Assembly (NCBI GenBank): GCA_000708835.1 | Contig: DF237236.1 | Location: 1-64,000 of the forward strand | DNA: 64,000 nucleotides | Direction of reading: 5' to 3' | Origin: Klebsormidium nitens | Taxonomy: Eukaryota; Plantae; Klebsormidiophyceae | The notes under the pieces: model-generated | Database searches by the model: none | Seen by the model: the letters and a program-made list of their open reading frames with translations, nothing else | Told to the model about the DNA's origin: nothing | In this document: positions 24,273 through 35,812 of the stretch, one piece after another | Layout: each line of letters begins with the position of its first letter | Position numbering within the stretch: the first letter of the stretch is position 1 | Position numbers and translations under genes: made by a program

Positions 24273-27200
24273 ATGTCGCACCAATGGCCTACGTCCGCTC
24301 TGTCTCGGATCCGGGTCACGACGTACGGCAATGTCGGTCTAAACTTGGCGAGCGTGTTCCTGGGGGGGTTTGCTGCAAGTGGGGCTGTGGCAGAGAAATG
24401 CTCGAGCGGGTTGAGTACGGCGGCAGCATTGGTTTGTGGGGGGGGCGGGATCGCACTTGTGTGGCTGGTGAGGGATCAGCGGGGCGTAGACAGCATCGCA
24501 GCATGATGGGGGTTTCATAAAGATCAGGCGATGCCTGCATTCACATGAGATTATGCAAAGCACCGATTGAGTTTTTTCTTTTAGTCAAAAGAGTCACTTG
24601 AGCTGGTAAGTGATCAGCGGGGGCAGAAAGCATCATAGCATCATAGCGTGAAACGATTTTATGAAGATCAGGCGGTGCCTAGTACTACTGGTATTGTTCA
24701 AGGCATCTTCTCGTTGTTCTTTCTTGACCAACTCCTACTTTGGCAGTCTTGATGCTCCCCTTGGCTGAAAGTCAGAACAACGATGCATAACCGGAACAAT
24801 TGATGAAAGTTGCTCGTTCCGCTCTACTCAATTGAGCGCCCATAGGTTCTACACGCAAGATGAGATCCACAATACAATCACTGTTGATCAACACCAGAGC
24901 GATCTACCAAGCGTACCACCGAATGATGAATGAGATTAAAGAAATTGCTGTCTGCTAGTCAGTAGGGCCCCGACCACCTGAAGACAGGATCATAAGTACC
25001 ACTGCTTAGATTTCCACTTCTGAAAAGAAGGATACTATCTGATTGTGCGGCAAGCTCTTTCCCACTGTGGTTCTGAATGGGCGTAGGCGTCAACTATCCA
25101 TCACTTCCTGAAGACAAGACGTCTGAAGAATCATCGCCTGCTTTCTTAGTCATCAACTGAGAATGACACTTCTTACTGATCGACCGGCATGCTTTTCCCC
25201 CGCTGGGCGCTGGAAAGCCACAGGCATCAGCCGCCAGTCGCTCACCATTCGCAAAGTCTTGGAGATCAGTGCTTGCTTCTTAGTCGATGATTGAATTTCT
25301 CACACTTACTGATCACTTGGATCGTTTCTTTTCCAGCTGGGCGCAGGATGGGCGCAGGCATCGGCAGCCGCAGCTGTAGTCGGGCGGACGGCGTCTGGAC
25401 CGAACGAGGTTGAGCAGCCGTCCGACAGGAAGCTACGACGGGTGAGAGGCTCAGATCTTTGAGGATTGCTGGCTCCAGGCTTTTGGATCCCCGGAGTTTG
25501 GGTGTTTGGAAAGGTTGCGTTGAAAATTTCATGGCTCTAGGGCTAAAGTATGTGACCTGAAGCCAAGAGAAGTACGCACCGACACAAGCAGCTCTACAAG
25601 TGAGGGATCCCCCATTTCTCCTGAGTTCCTGGTGCTTAGCATAGGTGATTGGGCGAGTGTATTCCCATGTAATCAGGTTTCCTGGTTGCTGCTATCATAT
25701 GTGGACCTCAGTCGTAGAATGCATCTCCACCTCATCGCGCCCAGTCTCAAACAGCAAATTGAACAGTCGGTGCGATTCCGCACTTTCAACTCAGAAACTT
25801 TGACGGCCTGGTTCCCAACATCTCAACAGAGTGCTGATGACCACTTATGCTTGACATTCAGTCTGTTGCACTCTTCTGACCTGTTTAAACATCAAAGGCA
25901 AGCTTGTTAGCTCTAGTAGATTCTCGTCTTAGTCCTGCCACCCTTGTTTCTGTGGTTGTCAAAATGAGGGAAGCCTGCTACACTGTTTAACAACCTTCAT
26001 CCACGATTGGTGTTTCCCTTTGCTTCTTGGCCTTCTGTATCTCTTCCTTCTTATTGTCCGTCTACTTTTAGCCCCCCTTCTTCCTGCTCCGCAAAGCACC
26101 AGTCCCAACTCTCTTTCATTAGCCATGGCCGCATCTTGCTCCCAGAACTCCCCTTATCTTTCGAAACACCCCTTCAGAGGTTCAGGTTTCCCTTGTTTCT
26201 TCTCAAATGCACCTCGAGTGCTAGCTCGTTTGACCTCGTGTCAGCGTTCTTTTTCACACTTTGACTCTCCTTCCTCGCAGACATAGATTACAAAAGTTTA
26301 TCTTTGTTCTTCCACCGATGCAGCGCTATCTTCATCCGCATTGACTCCTTTTACTTCACCCAGTGCCAGCTTCTCTCTGCTTCTTCAAAATCGAATAAAG
26401 TACGGGCTTGGCGAGTTTTGCAGCGGCAACCTCATTCTCCATCAGTTTTGTTTTGCCTACCTCTCCGTGTCGCGCTTTCTAGGACCGGTACAACTGTTGG
26501 CTCGCCCGCTCTTGCGTCGATGTTTTCATTCTGTATGATGGTTTGCTTACCTCTCTTGCTGCCTCTTTTGAGAATTCGCACAAGGTCACGCAGCAAGGTT
26601 CTCATTCCAAATCAATCACTCGCTTATCCCTCCCTCTTCCCTACAGAAACGGTACAACCGGTGGCTCGCCTGGGCTCGCAGCGGGTTCCTCGTAACCGCC
26701 CTCCAAACCGTCCTCGCCGCCCTGCTCTCCTACCAGCTCGCGCGCGCTCTCCATACGAACTCCCTCGATTCCTCTGGTTGTCCCTCCCCCTCCAAACCGG
26801 GACACAACGCCTCGCTCCTCCCGCTAACCGTGATTCTAACCTTAACCGCGTGGTTAGGGGCGATTCTCCCCTGCGTAATGGGTCACGACGTCCTTAACTG
26901 GCGGTCGTTATACGAGATGCAAGATATGGCCTGGCGGGCGCACTATCACGAGGTGTTCGACCGCAATATAAGGCAGATGATGTGTTGCTTGGGGCGGATA
27001 CGCTATTGGAAGGCGTCGGAGGACGATGAAATCAACGCGGTCGCGGCGTTGACGGCAGACATTCTGGCGTACCGCGCGAAGGGGGCTACTCACCTGGACC
27101 TTTTAGCAGGTGGATGTTAGGATACTTCGCAACCTAGAGCGATGCAACTGGACATGCTTGCAGATGGCGACGTCTGATACTTACTTCCTGCGTTGCATCT

Positions 27201-30200
27201 TTCTCTTGGCTCAATTTCTAGTGGATTTTGGGGTAGAGTTAACTTCGCTTGAGATGTTTGTGTCAATTCATAGTAGTGATTTGGGAATGAGACAACGTCG
27301 CTTGAGAATCTTTATGCTTCGGTGCCACTTTCTTGATGGGATCAGATTGCTCGGCATAACTTTCCGGACATGCAGTTGATCGTAGATCGGACACCGGCGA
27401 AACCCCTCTACATGTCGGAAAAATGGGTCCTTTCGGTCCAGATTGCAGCCCACCGGAGAAAAGCTCAAAAGTCCAAGCGCTCTCCAAAAGTATTACTTTT
27501 CTCTAACAAAGCGATATTGTGAGCATTGCAGGGCTCAACCTGATGCGCGCTAAGACGCCCGAGCAATACAACTTCGAGAACCTGTCCCAGCCGCCCGTTG
27601 TCGTTCTGCAAGAAGCGGCATTCCTGCAGCCGTTTGCGGTGGCGGCATACACGGGCCCGGTTCTCGACGTGGGCCGGAACCCGTTTCTATTCTGCTGCAC
27701 CTGGACGTACCGGCAGGGCGTGCTGACTCCGTGGAACAAATCACGGTGAGAGAATCGGTACGGAAGTGTCAGAATCTGGTGTGTGTTCAAATGCGGTGTT
27801 TGTTCTTTTTCTCTGGGCGGGAACCCGTTTCTATTCTGCTGCACCTGGACGTACCGGCAGTCCGGGCCGCCACCGCGGAACACGTTGCGGTGCAAGAATT
27901 GGTCCAAGAGTGGCACATCCGGTGTGCTCTTTTTCCGGGTCAGGAACCGGTTTCCATTCTGTGCCGCCCTAGCACAGATCACTCTGACATGGTTGCCCGC
28001 TAAGCAACGGCGAGAGGTAATCACTTCGCTGCTTTGTAGGGCTTGGAAGATCAATTCTTTACAATCCTTCGAAGGCCACCGAACATAACTGTCGAGGCTA
28101 CTCAGAGGGAACCGACCGCAACCACGTCTGACAAGATTCCGACGGCTGACCAATTTGATTGGAGGCAGCGATGCCAATCATAAGGACGGAAAAGAAGGGG
28201 AAAGTCTGAGAGAGTCGAGTACAATTCGTCTTCAGAAACCCCGAAAACCCTAACATTCTCGGTTGCTGGATGGTCAAACGACCAGATTTTGTCTGTGCTC
28301 AGGTATCCAGTACTAGAAGGCGACAACCTGATCCGTGGTCACGCGGCAGCCTTTCTACGGTACATACGCCTGCCGCCAGAGTGCCTGCGCAAGGGGCGAG
28401 TGAAGCAGGTGGGTTCTCGCCACGTGGCAGATTCAAATGCTTGGCTGGCTCGTCCTTGAAAGGTGTAGGATGTATTTCTTAGCGAGTCTTCAATGATTGC
28501 TCTAATCGATGGAGAGTGAGAGCACTGCCCTGGGGCTTCGCTTTGTCTCCGTTGAATGGTCGGAACACTTCTGGGAGCTATCAGGCCCCTGTGAATTGAG
28601 TCCCGTGTAGCTTGCTAGTTTGTTGTGTCGCTTGGAAAACCTGAGTAGGTAGAGTCCGCGAGGATATGTCCGGTTCGCGACTCCGAGTATCTACTAACTC
28701 ATAACAGGGCCTCTTTGTCGTTTTGACAAGCTCAGACGCGGTTAATCACCACCCGAAGCTCGAAGCACCGGACCAGGTTGTCCGTCGTTCTTCTTGTGAT
28801 GATAAAACAACCGTCCCGCCAAGTGGTGACTTGACTGAATCTTTTCTTCCGTTCAAACTTAGCCCTCTCTATAAACTAACCCGTGTACTTTTGCAGAAGC
28901 GGCATTGGGAAGCTGCCTACTTCGTGGTCGTCGTTCCGGAACATCGCTGCGTCGTCGTCGCCGTGCGAGGCACGGAAACGCCGGAAGACGTCCTCACGGA
29001 CGCGCTCGGGAGGGAGGTGGAACTGGGAGAGCACGACCTGGGGGGCCTCTCACCGTAAGTGATTTCCCTGAATTTTAGGGTTCTAGAATTTCATACTTTC
29101 AGGGCTTCAGGGTTTTTAGCGGGCATAGCCCTTACAAGCTTCATGCAATCCGTTTGCGAAGTAGACGTCGTAGAAAAAGCGGGGCACGCTTCGCAAAGTG
29201 ACCTGGGACCTTGAGCTAAATTCCGTGCAGTGGGGGGGGGGGCTGCTCTCGTATATTCTAAAGGAGAGCTTCTGGTGGAACCAGAGCTCATATCTTCCAG
29301 TATGTGCTGTCCACCAACGCATTCCGTTTGCAAATCGGCTCTGACTCGCTCTAGTTGCTTTCGCAGAAATTGTTTTCGACGGCAGACCGTCTGCAAATAT
29401 GCTCTCTGACGCGCTTATTTGCTGCCACAGGAACGAGGCTCATGCCCTTATATAGCCTCAGCCAATGCAATCCGTGAAAGATTGCTTCTCTGACTCGCTC
29501 TCGTTGCTGCCGCAGGCCCTTGAGTGTAAATCTTCAATCAACGCATTCCGTCTGCAGATTGGTTTTTTGACCCCCTCTAGTTGCTTTTTGACCCGCTCTA
29601 GTTGCTGGCGCAGGGCCTGGAGTAACAAGGACCTGGCTCAAGAGCACAAGCCCCCGAGCGGCAAGAAGCGCTTCGCACATAAGGGAGTGGTCATCGCCGC
29701 GCGCGAGCTCGCTTATCAGTTGGACGGGATGCCGTATGACGACGACGTTCATGCGCCGCACAGGGACAGTTTGGGTGAGCAGGAAGCTCTCTTTCTCCTG
29801 GCCTCTAAAAGGATCCGGGAAGTGAAAGACGGTACACGGTGTTGTGAATCGAAGTATTGGGGAAATGTCAAGTTACAATGATTCGGGAGAAAGTTGCGAG
29901 TGTCAAAAGGAAGAGGAAAGAAGTGTGAGTTCTGATAAGGTCTCTCGCTAGCCTCATGGAGAGGTCCCTCGAACGGGACTCCGCAAATTATGGAGCGGGT
30001 TTGAAGAGCTCTACTGTACAAGGTCTGTGGGGCGGATTCTCTGGAATGCTTTGCGGCCCATTTCTGGCGTTTCTTTAGCAACCCAAGTTTTGAACGGTTG
30101 ACGGTTGGCGTTGAGCAGGAGAAGGTGCAAACCGCCACCCTTGCGGCTGTCTGACGTCACGTTACTAACCTCGAGTCCCTGCAAAATCCTGTTTTCCACT

Positions 30201-33200
30201 TTTCGTTCAGCTTTTCTTCCTTCGTTTGTTCTCCTGCGCTGAGAAAGATCCTTTGCGAGGTGCTATGCGAGTTGCTAAGCGCTTTAAGAGAGGGGAACCG
30301 CGCAGCAGTCGCCCCCGCTCGAAGTTGTCTGACTGCGACAATCTGCGAAGCTTGCGGCCTCTGCGATTCCGGGTGCGATTCCGGTGTCCCTTTCCGCTGC
30401 AGGAGGGGAGACGGAACGGGGGGCCAAACGCGGGCTGCTGAGCGAGTTGCTGGGACCTGGCGGGGAATGCGAGGGCTACTCGCTGCGGTTTGTAGGGCAC
30501 TCGCTGGGGGGGGGCATCTCGACCGTGACAGCTCTCCGGGTGAGATTCAAAGGTTTTGTAAATTTGCAATCATGTCGAGGGAGACTGGTTAGCTAGAGGC
30601 AATGCGCTTGTTTGCTGGTGTCTGATCCTCGATCGATGATCTTGCTTGCGAAAGGAAGGGGCATCTCGATTGTGACAGCTCTCCGCATAAGGTGCAAAAC
30701 CTTCGCAAAAGCAAGAAACGCTTAGGGATTTTCAGGGAGAGAAAGTCCTTGTCCAGAGGCGCTTGCCGAACTGTCGTTACTTTGTACTGATGACCTCGAA
30801 TTGGAGCTTTGAGATGGCGGGTTGTCTTCCGAGAGGACGGTTACTAGGCGCGAAACTTTGAGGCATGTTTGGATTGGTGGGCTGCTTACAATCAGATGAT
30901 GCAGGATTGCGGAGATTTCAAAAAGGAAGAAGGTGGTAACTTTTTGCATGGTCGCACAGTGCTCGCCGCTCTAGTTCCAGCCTTACTGTGAAAACTTTCG
31001 GTCGGTCAAAGTTCCATGCAGTTCCCCGGCACAGACCAAGTCATTAGTGTCTCCGTTCAAAGCAGCAGCTTTCGAGATCTCCTTTGTCAGGCCATCTTGC
31101 GGACCTTCCAAGCGCAGATAGATTCGACCGAATCCTACTAACTAGCAGCGGCGCTTTTCGGGTCTCTGCAGCTGCGGCCGCGGTTCCCGCAGCTCCACGT
31201 GTTTGCGTTCAATACCATCCCGTCGCTGGACCAGGAGACCGCGGACGCGTGCTCCAAGTTTGTGACCAGGTACGAATGCCTAGTTAATTTTCATTTTTGA
31301 GTTTGATGCTCTCTTTTTTGGGTCTTTGTTTCTATTTTTCTAGTCCTTTAGTACTCGTTCTTTTTAGTGTCATCTGCATGCCTTTCGTGTTCCTGGATGA
31401 GCGGAACAACTGGTTGCTTGTCAAATAACGAGGGAGCGTTACGGATGATGAAATCAGATACGTTTGAAATGAAGTGGTCGTCTGTGATTCTTGTGCGGAC
31501 GTCTATTTCTGTGCGGAGTCCTAGGTCGGAAAGGCTGTGACGCTTGTGAAAGTGTCGGGAAGATACATATCCTGTTTGCTTGTCGAAGCTCGAGTTTTTA
31601 ATGGCGGACAATTGACAGAGCGGGGACAAGGAGAATCAGTACCGGACGAAAGCTAAGGCTAGGGGCTGTTGGATTTGCGGTTATGTCAACCCAGAGTTGG
31701 ACCTCTCTGGTTCTGAAGCGTCGATTCTTGTAGAACTGGCTATCCGACGGCTGATATGCACATTGTCTACATCCCTAGTATTAGGGTTTCCAAGCGCATC
31801 CTTTGCCGTCGGATGCTGCGTAGCTGACATTTGAACGGCCGATGGTAGATACGAAGAGTATCACGCCCGGTCCGCTACCCAAGGCTGACGTCAATTTTCA
31901 GGGTTCCAACAGCCCCTAGCCTTAGCTTCCGTCCGGTACTGATTCTCCTTGTCCCCGCTCTGACAGATTACTTTGACAAGTAGCCCTTGGATGAAGAATC
32001 GACTTTGCCGAGCTCACCGGATGCCAGATAGTCTCTCATGCAGCAATACCCTCGACTGATTGGTTTCGCGAGTCTTTTTCCTAGGCGAACAAAACTCCCC
32101 CTTCCCATCCGTGAACGGGCAACTCTCGTTGCACGTTTCCGATTGGCACTCCCAAAGCACGCTTGCTTCATTCCGACTTTTGATCCTCCTTTTTCAAACT
32201 ACTTTTCGTTTCAACATTCAGTGGGATGTTCGTATTTTCTTGGTCGTCGTCTGCACTACTGATTGTCGTCTTCGCAAGGCGCCATCTCCTGTTTTCTCTG
32301 CTTCAAAGCAGCTCGACAAAAGCTTTTTCCTCGCCAAAGCCTCGCCATCGCAGCGAGACGGAGCGACCGAAAACACGTTTTTCGCACAGCATTCGAGGGC
32401 TTCCTGAATCACTACTTTGCCTCGCAGCGTCATCTACAACAATGACTGGGCGTCCCGCATCTCCGTGGCCTCCGTGATGCGCCTGCGCGCCGCGGCTCTC
32501 CGCGCCCAATCTGCCGAGGCGGCCCGTCAGGCGTCGGAGGATACAGGCAAGCGCTCCGGCCCCTCCCTTCCCGCACCCGTCAGCAGTTCGACTCCTGCGA
32601 GTGGTAACGGTAATGGTCTCGCTAAAGAGAAGGGCGGGCTTGGCGCAGAACCAAGAAGTACGGCTAGTAATACTGGTTTAGAACAGGTTAAGATCTGGGC
32701 GATCCGGAACGGGGGCCCGGCGGGGCGCGGGCGCAGGAGAGCGCGACACATGGCAGGCATCGGGTGTTTGTGCGCGCACCTGACGTCATGCGTGTGTCAC
32801 ATGGCGACGGACAAGGACACAACGAAGGGGCGGGGCGTGATCCGCAGCGCGCGGGAGCTGCACAAGGCGGGGCTGGACATCCGGGGGGAGATGCGGAAAT
32901 CTCTAGAGGGTCCGCCGGGCCGGGAGGGGCTAGCGAATCTTGCGGAAGTCGGGAGCGAGATGGAACGGGGCATCAGACAAGACGGAAGTGGAACGGACAA
33001 AGAAAGAGGACGGGAGACGGTGGCGAACGGAACTGGTCACAGTTCTGGTTCGGACGAATCGGTTTTGGTTTCTGAAGGGCTAACGAAGCCTTCCAGAAAA
33101 GCAGCAGGGGATGAGAACGGCAGTTCTCATCGACGCCCTGATCCGGACAACGGCGCACAAGCCGAGACACAAAAAGGGAAGCCGTCTCGGGCTGTCTCTT

Positions 33201-34696
33201 TCGCGGACCGGACCCCGGATTTGAAAAGCGGACAGGTTCAGAATCGATTCAGCGCACAGATAACGACCAAACCGGGAAGTCCGGAAGCGGAGTCAGTAAG
33301 TTCGGCACGGGTCGGGCAACCGGGGAAGGGGGCCGGGGGGGTGGGTGGGGACTCGGGGAAAAGCAGCGAAAGTATAGACGGCGGTGCGGAGGTTGACGGG
33401 GTCGCTCAATCAGCGGCAGGTTCCGGGGGTTTTGGCAACAACCCCATGACAAACGGGTTGCAACCCAAAAAGGAGCCGGTTGACGTTCGGAGGCCGCCAA
33501 GCGCCGAAGCGGACACATTTGCTGCGTCAAGCAGCGGAGGGATCCGAACAGAATCTATGAACCCTGAAGACCCGGTTGTTGCTAATCAGGTAGAAGGAAG
33601 GTTTGAGGGGGAGCCTGGTTTGCTAAACCGTGCTGATAACCCCCATCCAGGCTCGGCTGCTGATGCTCAGTCTCGTCGCCTGGATGCAGGCCCGAGCAGC
33701 AGTTTGCTCGCCGCCACTAGTCCCGACTCCGTAGTCATCGAGGTCTCCCAGCTGGAGCGCAAAGCCCGGAACCCGGACCAAACCCGCCACAGTTACGACC
33801 TAACCCCCGAGGTGAAATCCAGGGGAGGAGAGCCCGAACCGCCAGACGGGGAGTTCGTCGGACCGTCCGACGAGCACCGAGACCGGACGTCCGAAGAGGG
33901 GATCCACGAACAGATCGGGAGCAACCACATGGATGACAGCGCGTACCCCCGAGAACTTTTCGTGCCCGGAACAATCGTGCACGTGATTCGGGTTGAGGAA
34001 GGGGGTTACTGGCCGACCCCCCGGTTTGGGAAGTGGAAGCACCGGGCGGTTGTGGTGGACCGGTCGTCGTTGCGGGAGATGCCGATCCATGCGTCCATGT
34101 TTTTGGACCACCTGCCCTGGAGGTGAGCGATGACGTCAGCGGACTGTGCACCGTCCGATCTGCCACTTGTCGGACAAAGGGTTGGGCCTCGTCTGTCCGC
34201 AGTGAGGCGCGTATGATCCGATGCTTCGTCATCAATAATGGTAGCGCCCTTCAAGCAGGAGCACACCTGGTATTGGGTTTTGAGATTCTCTCGTCCACTG
34301 GATGTCAGGAAGCGTAGTAGGTGGATTGTGTCAAAGTGTCAGCTGGAGGTGGTTCAAGTGTGAGTGACTTTACATTCTTCTTTTCTGCATTAACCAGTGT
34401 AAGGTAACCCAAGCCTTGGCGTCAGTCTCGGTTGTTCAGACTTCGCTGAACGCCTTCACAGCATGCGAATCTCAAACAAAGCTTGAGCGCTTCCATGACT
34501 CACTTATTGTTACTTAAAATTGTTTGAAGTGTATGTGTTATCTGTTTGCAGATTGCAAGGCGCGCTGAACGAGCTGCTGGAGATAGCCAAGCTTGAGCCG
34601 CCTCCCTTTGGCTTGCGGCTCCCTTCCTGGTTCAAGAAGACCAACAATGGAGTCGCTGCCCGCCAGACCTGTTTGCCCGTCGGTCCCTCTCCTTAA
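24273..34696 (+). CDS. Membrane-anchored class-3 lipase (diacylglycerol-lipase-like), about 1158 aa
   Basis: Exons 24273-24467, 25337-25441, 26647-27109, 27532-27745, 28303-28408, 28897-29054, 29614-29774, 30403-30539, 31172-31269, 32428-34122, 34552-34696 are phase-consistent. Features: N-terminal hydrophobic helices, VVAVRGTET, nucleophile motif GHSLG, NNDWASR and FLDHLPW (candidate Asp and His of the triad). Exon 10 could hide unrecognised introns. Confidence 0.85.
31616..31962. mobile_element. MITE-like element (347 bp) in lipase intron 9
   Basis: 58-bp terminal inverted repeats, 31616-31673 and 31905-31962, are 57/58 identical. There is no ORF inside. If the ends are trimmed by 1 bp, a 3-bp direct repeat GAC flanks the element (31614-31616 and 31962-31964). 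Confidence 0.8.
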
Positions 34697-35812
34697 CTTA
34701 AGCAAGTGGCAGCGGTCCCTTGTTGTTGAGAAACGCAGCACGAGAAAATAGCAAAGGTCACCACCATTAAAAAACCTCACAGATACTCGAGCATGACAGC
34801 ACGATGCTGGAGGCTAATACAGAACCTTTTACGGGTGCAGTACTCTGGATTATGAATCAATTTAGAAAATCGAAGTTTCCCCCTCGATGCGTGAGAAAGC
34901 GCCTGCTCTTGGGCTCACCGGCGGTCGATGTGTACTTTGTAAAGCTTTTGGTGTTTGTAAGTGGCAAGCATCTCGATGTCGTCATAGCACGTGCTTGACA
35001 CGCCCTTGATTGGGAAAAGCCGCCATGTCAAGACATATTCACGACTGCATGTATGCCAGAGAGATTTATAATTATTAACGTCGATGCGGAGCCGTGATCG
35101 GCTTAGTCGACGAATCTATCTATTGAGTCCTTGCATCATACTAATTCTCATTTGATTGCTAATTAATGAATGAACCGGCCTACAGCGTAATTGTTCTGTA
35201 GGTTCAGAAACTCTTCTAGGCTTCTACTCGCTTGGCCGTCAAAGATAAATGGAACCTCGGAGAAATCCTACAAGTATTTGTCGAAGGCGGATACGAATGC
35301 AGACCATTGATTATGCGTTTGAATGGATCGCCCTTCACAACCCTGAAATTGCATATATTTATCGTCACGGAAGCATATATTTACCGTCACGGAAGTGCAG
35401 AACGTTGACCATGGCGATCCGGATCGAATGGATCATATCGAGAAAAGACCATCATCAAATCGACTCTAGACATATATAGCGTCTCGCGTCGATCGTACGT
35501 ATTTGAATGATGCAACGTACATTCGCCATCCGAAGCCCTGATGCCGCCGCCGATAGTGAGGAGCGATCGTGCAAGCTTACATTTTGTCTATAGGATCGAA
35601 GCGAGCGGCTGACAGGATATAAGTTTGGATGGATCCGTTTCGTGTATACCATCTGGAAATTGAAAGCTCTCTTTTTAATCATGAACGCTTCATGACAGCG
35701 CTTCTTCGGCTAGCTTCTGATCTTGTTATGTTCGATCGGGCGAATTTTCTCGGAAGGGGAAAGTCGATCAATCCTCGAAGCTTGTCTCTGAGATGACCGT
35801 CGTCGACGCCTT

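Noticed and set aside
24137-24563. Minus-strand ORFs with an apparent acceptor at 24465
   Set aside because: The plus-strand reading gives hydrophobic lipase exon 1 with a phase-consistent donor, which explains the region better.
26331-26399. Possible extra lipase exon (cag|...AATAAA|gtacgg)
   Set aside because: The 3' phase fits but the 5' phase does not join exon 2, and the model is complete without it.
29073-29115. Telomere-like ttagggtt / cagggttt motifs
   Set aside because: Three degenerate, non-tandem motifs in an intron; not an interstitial telomere array.
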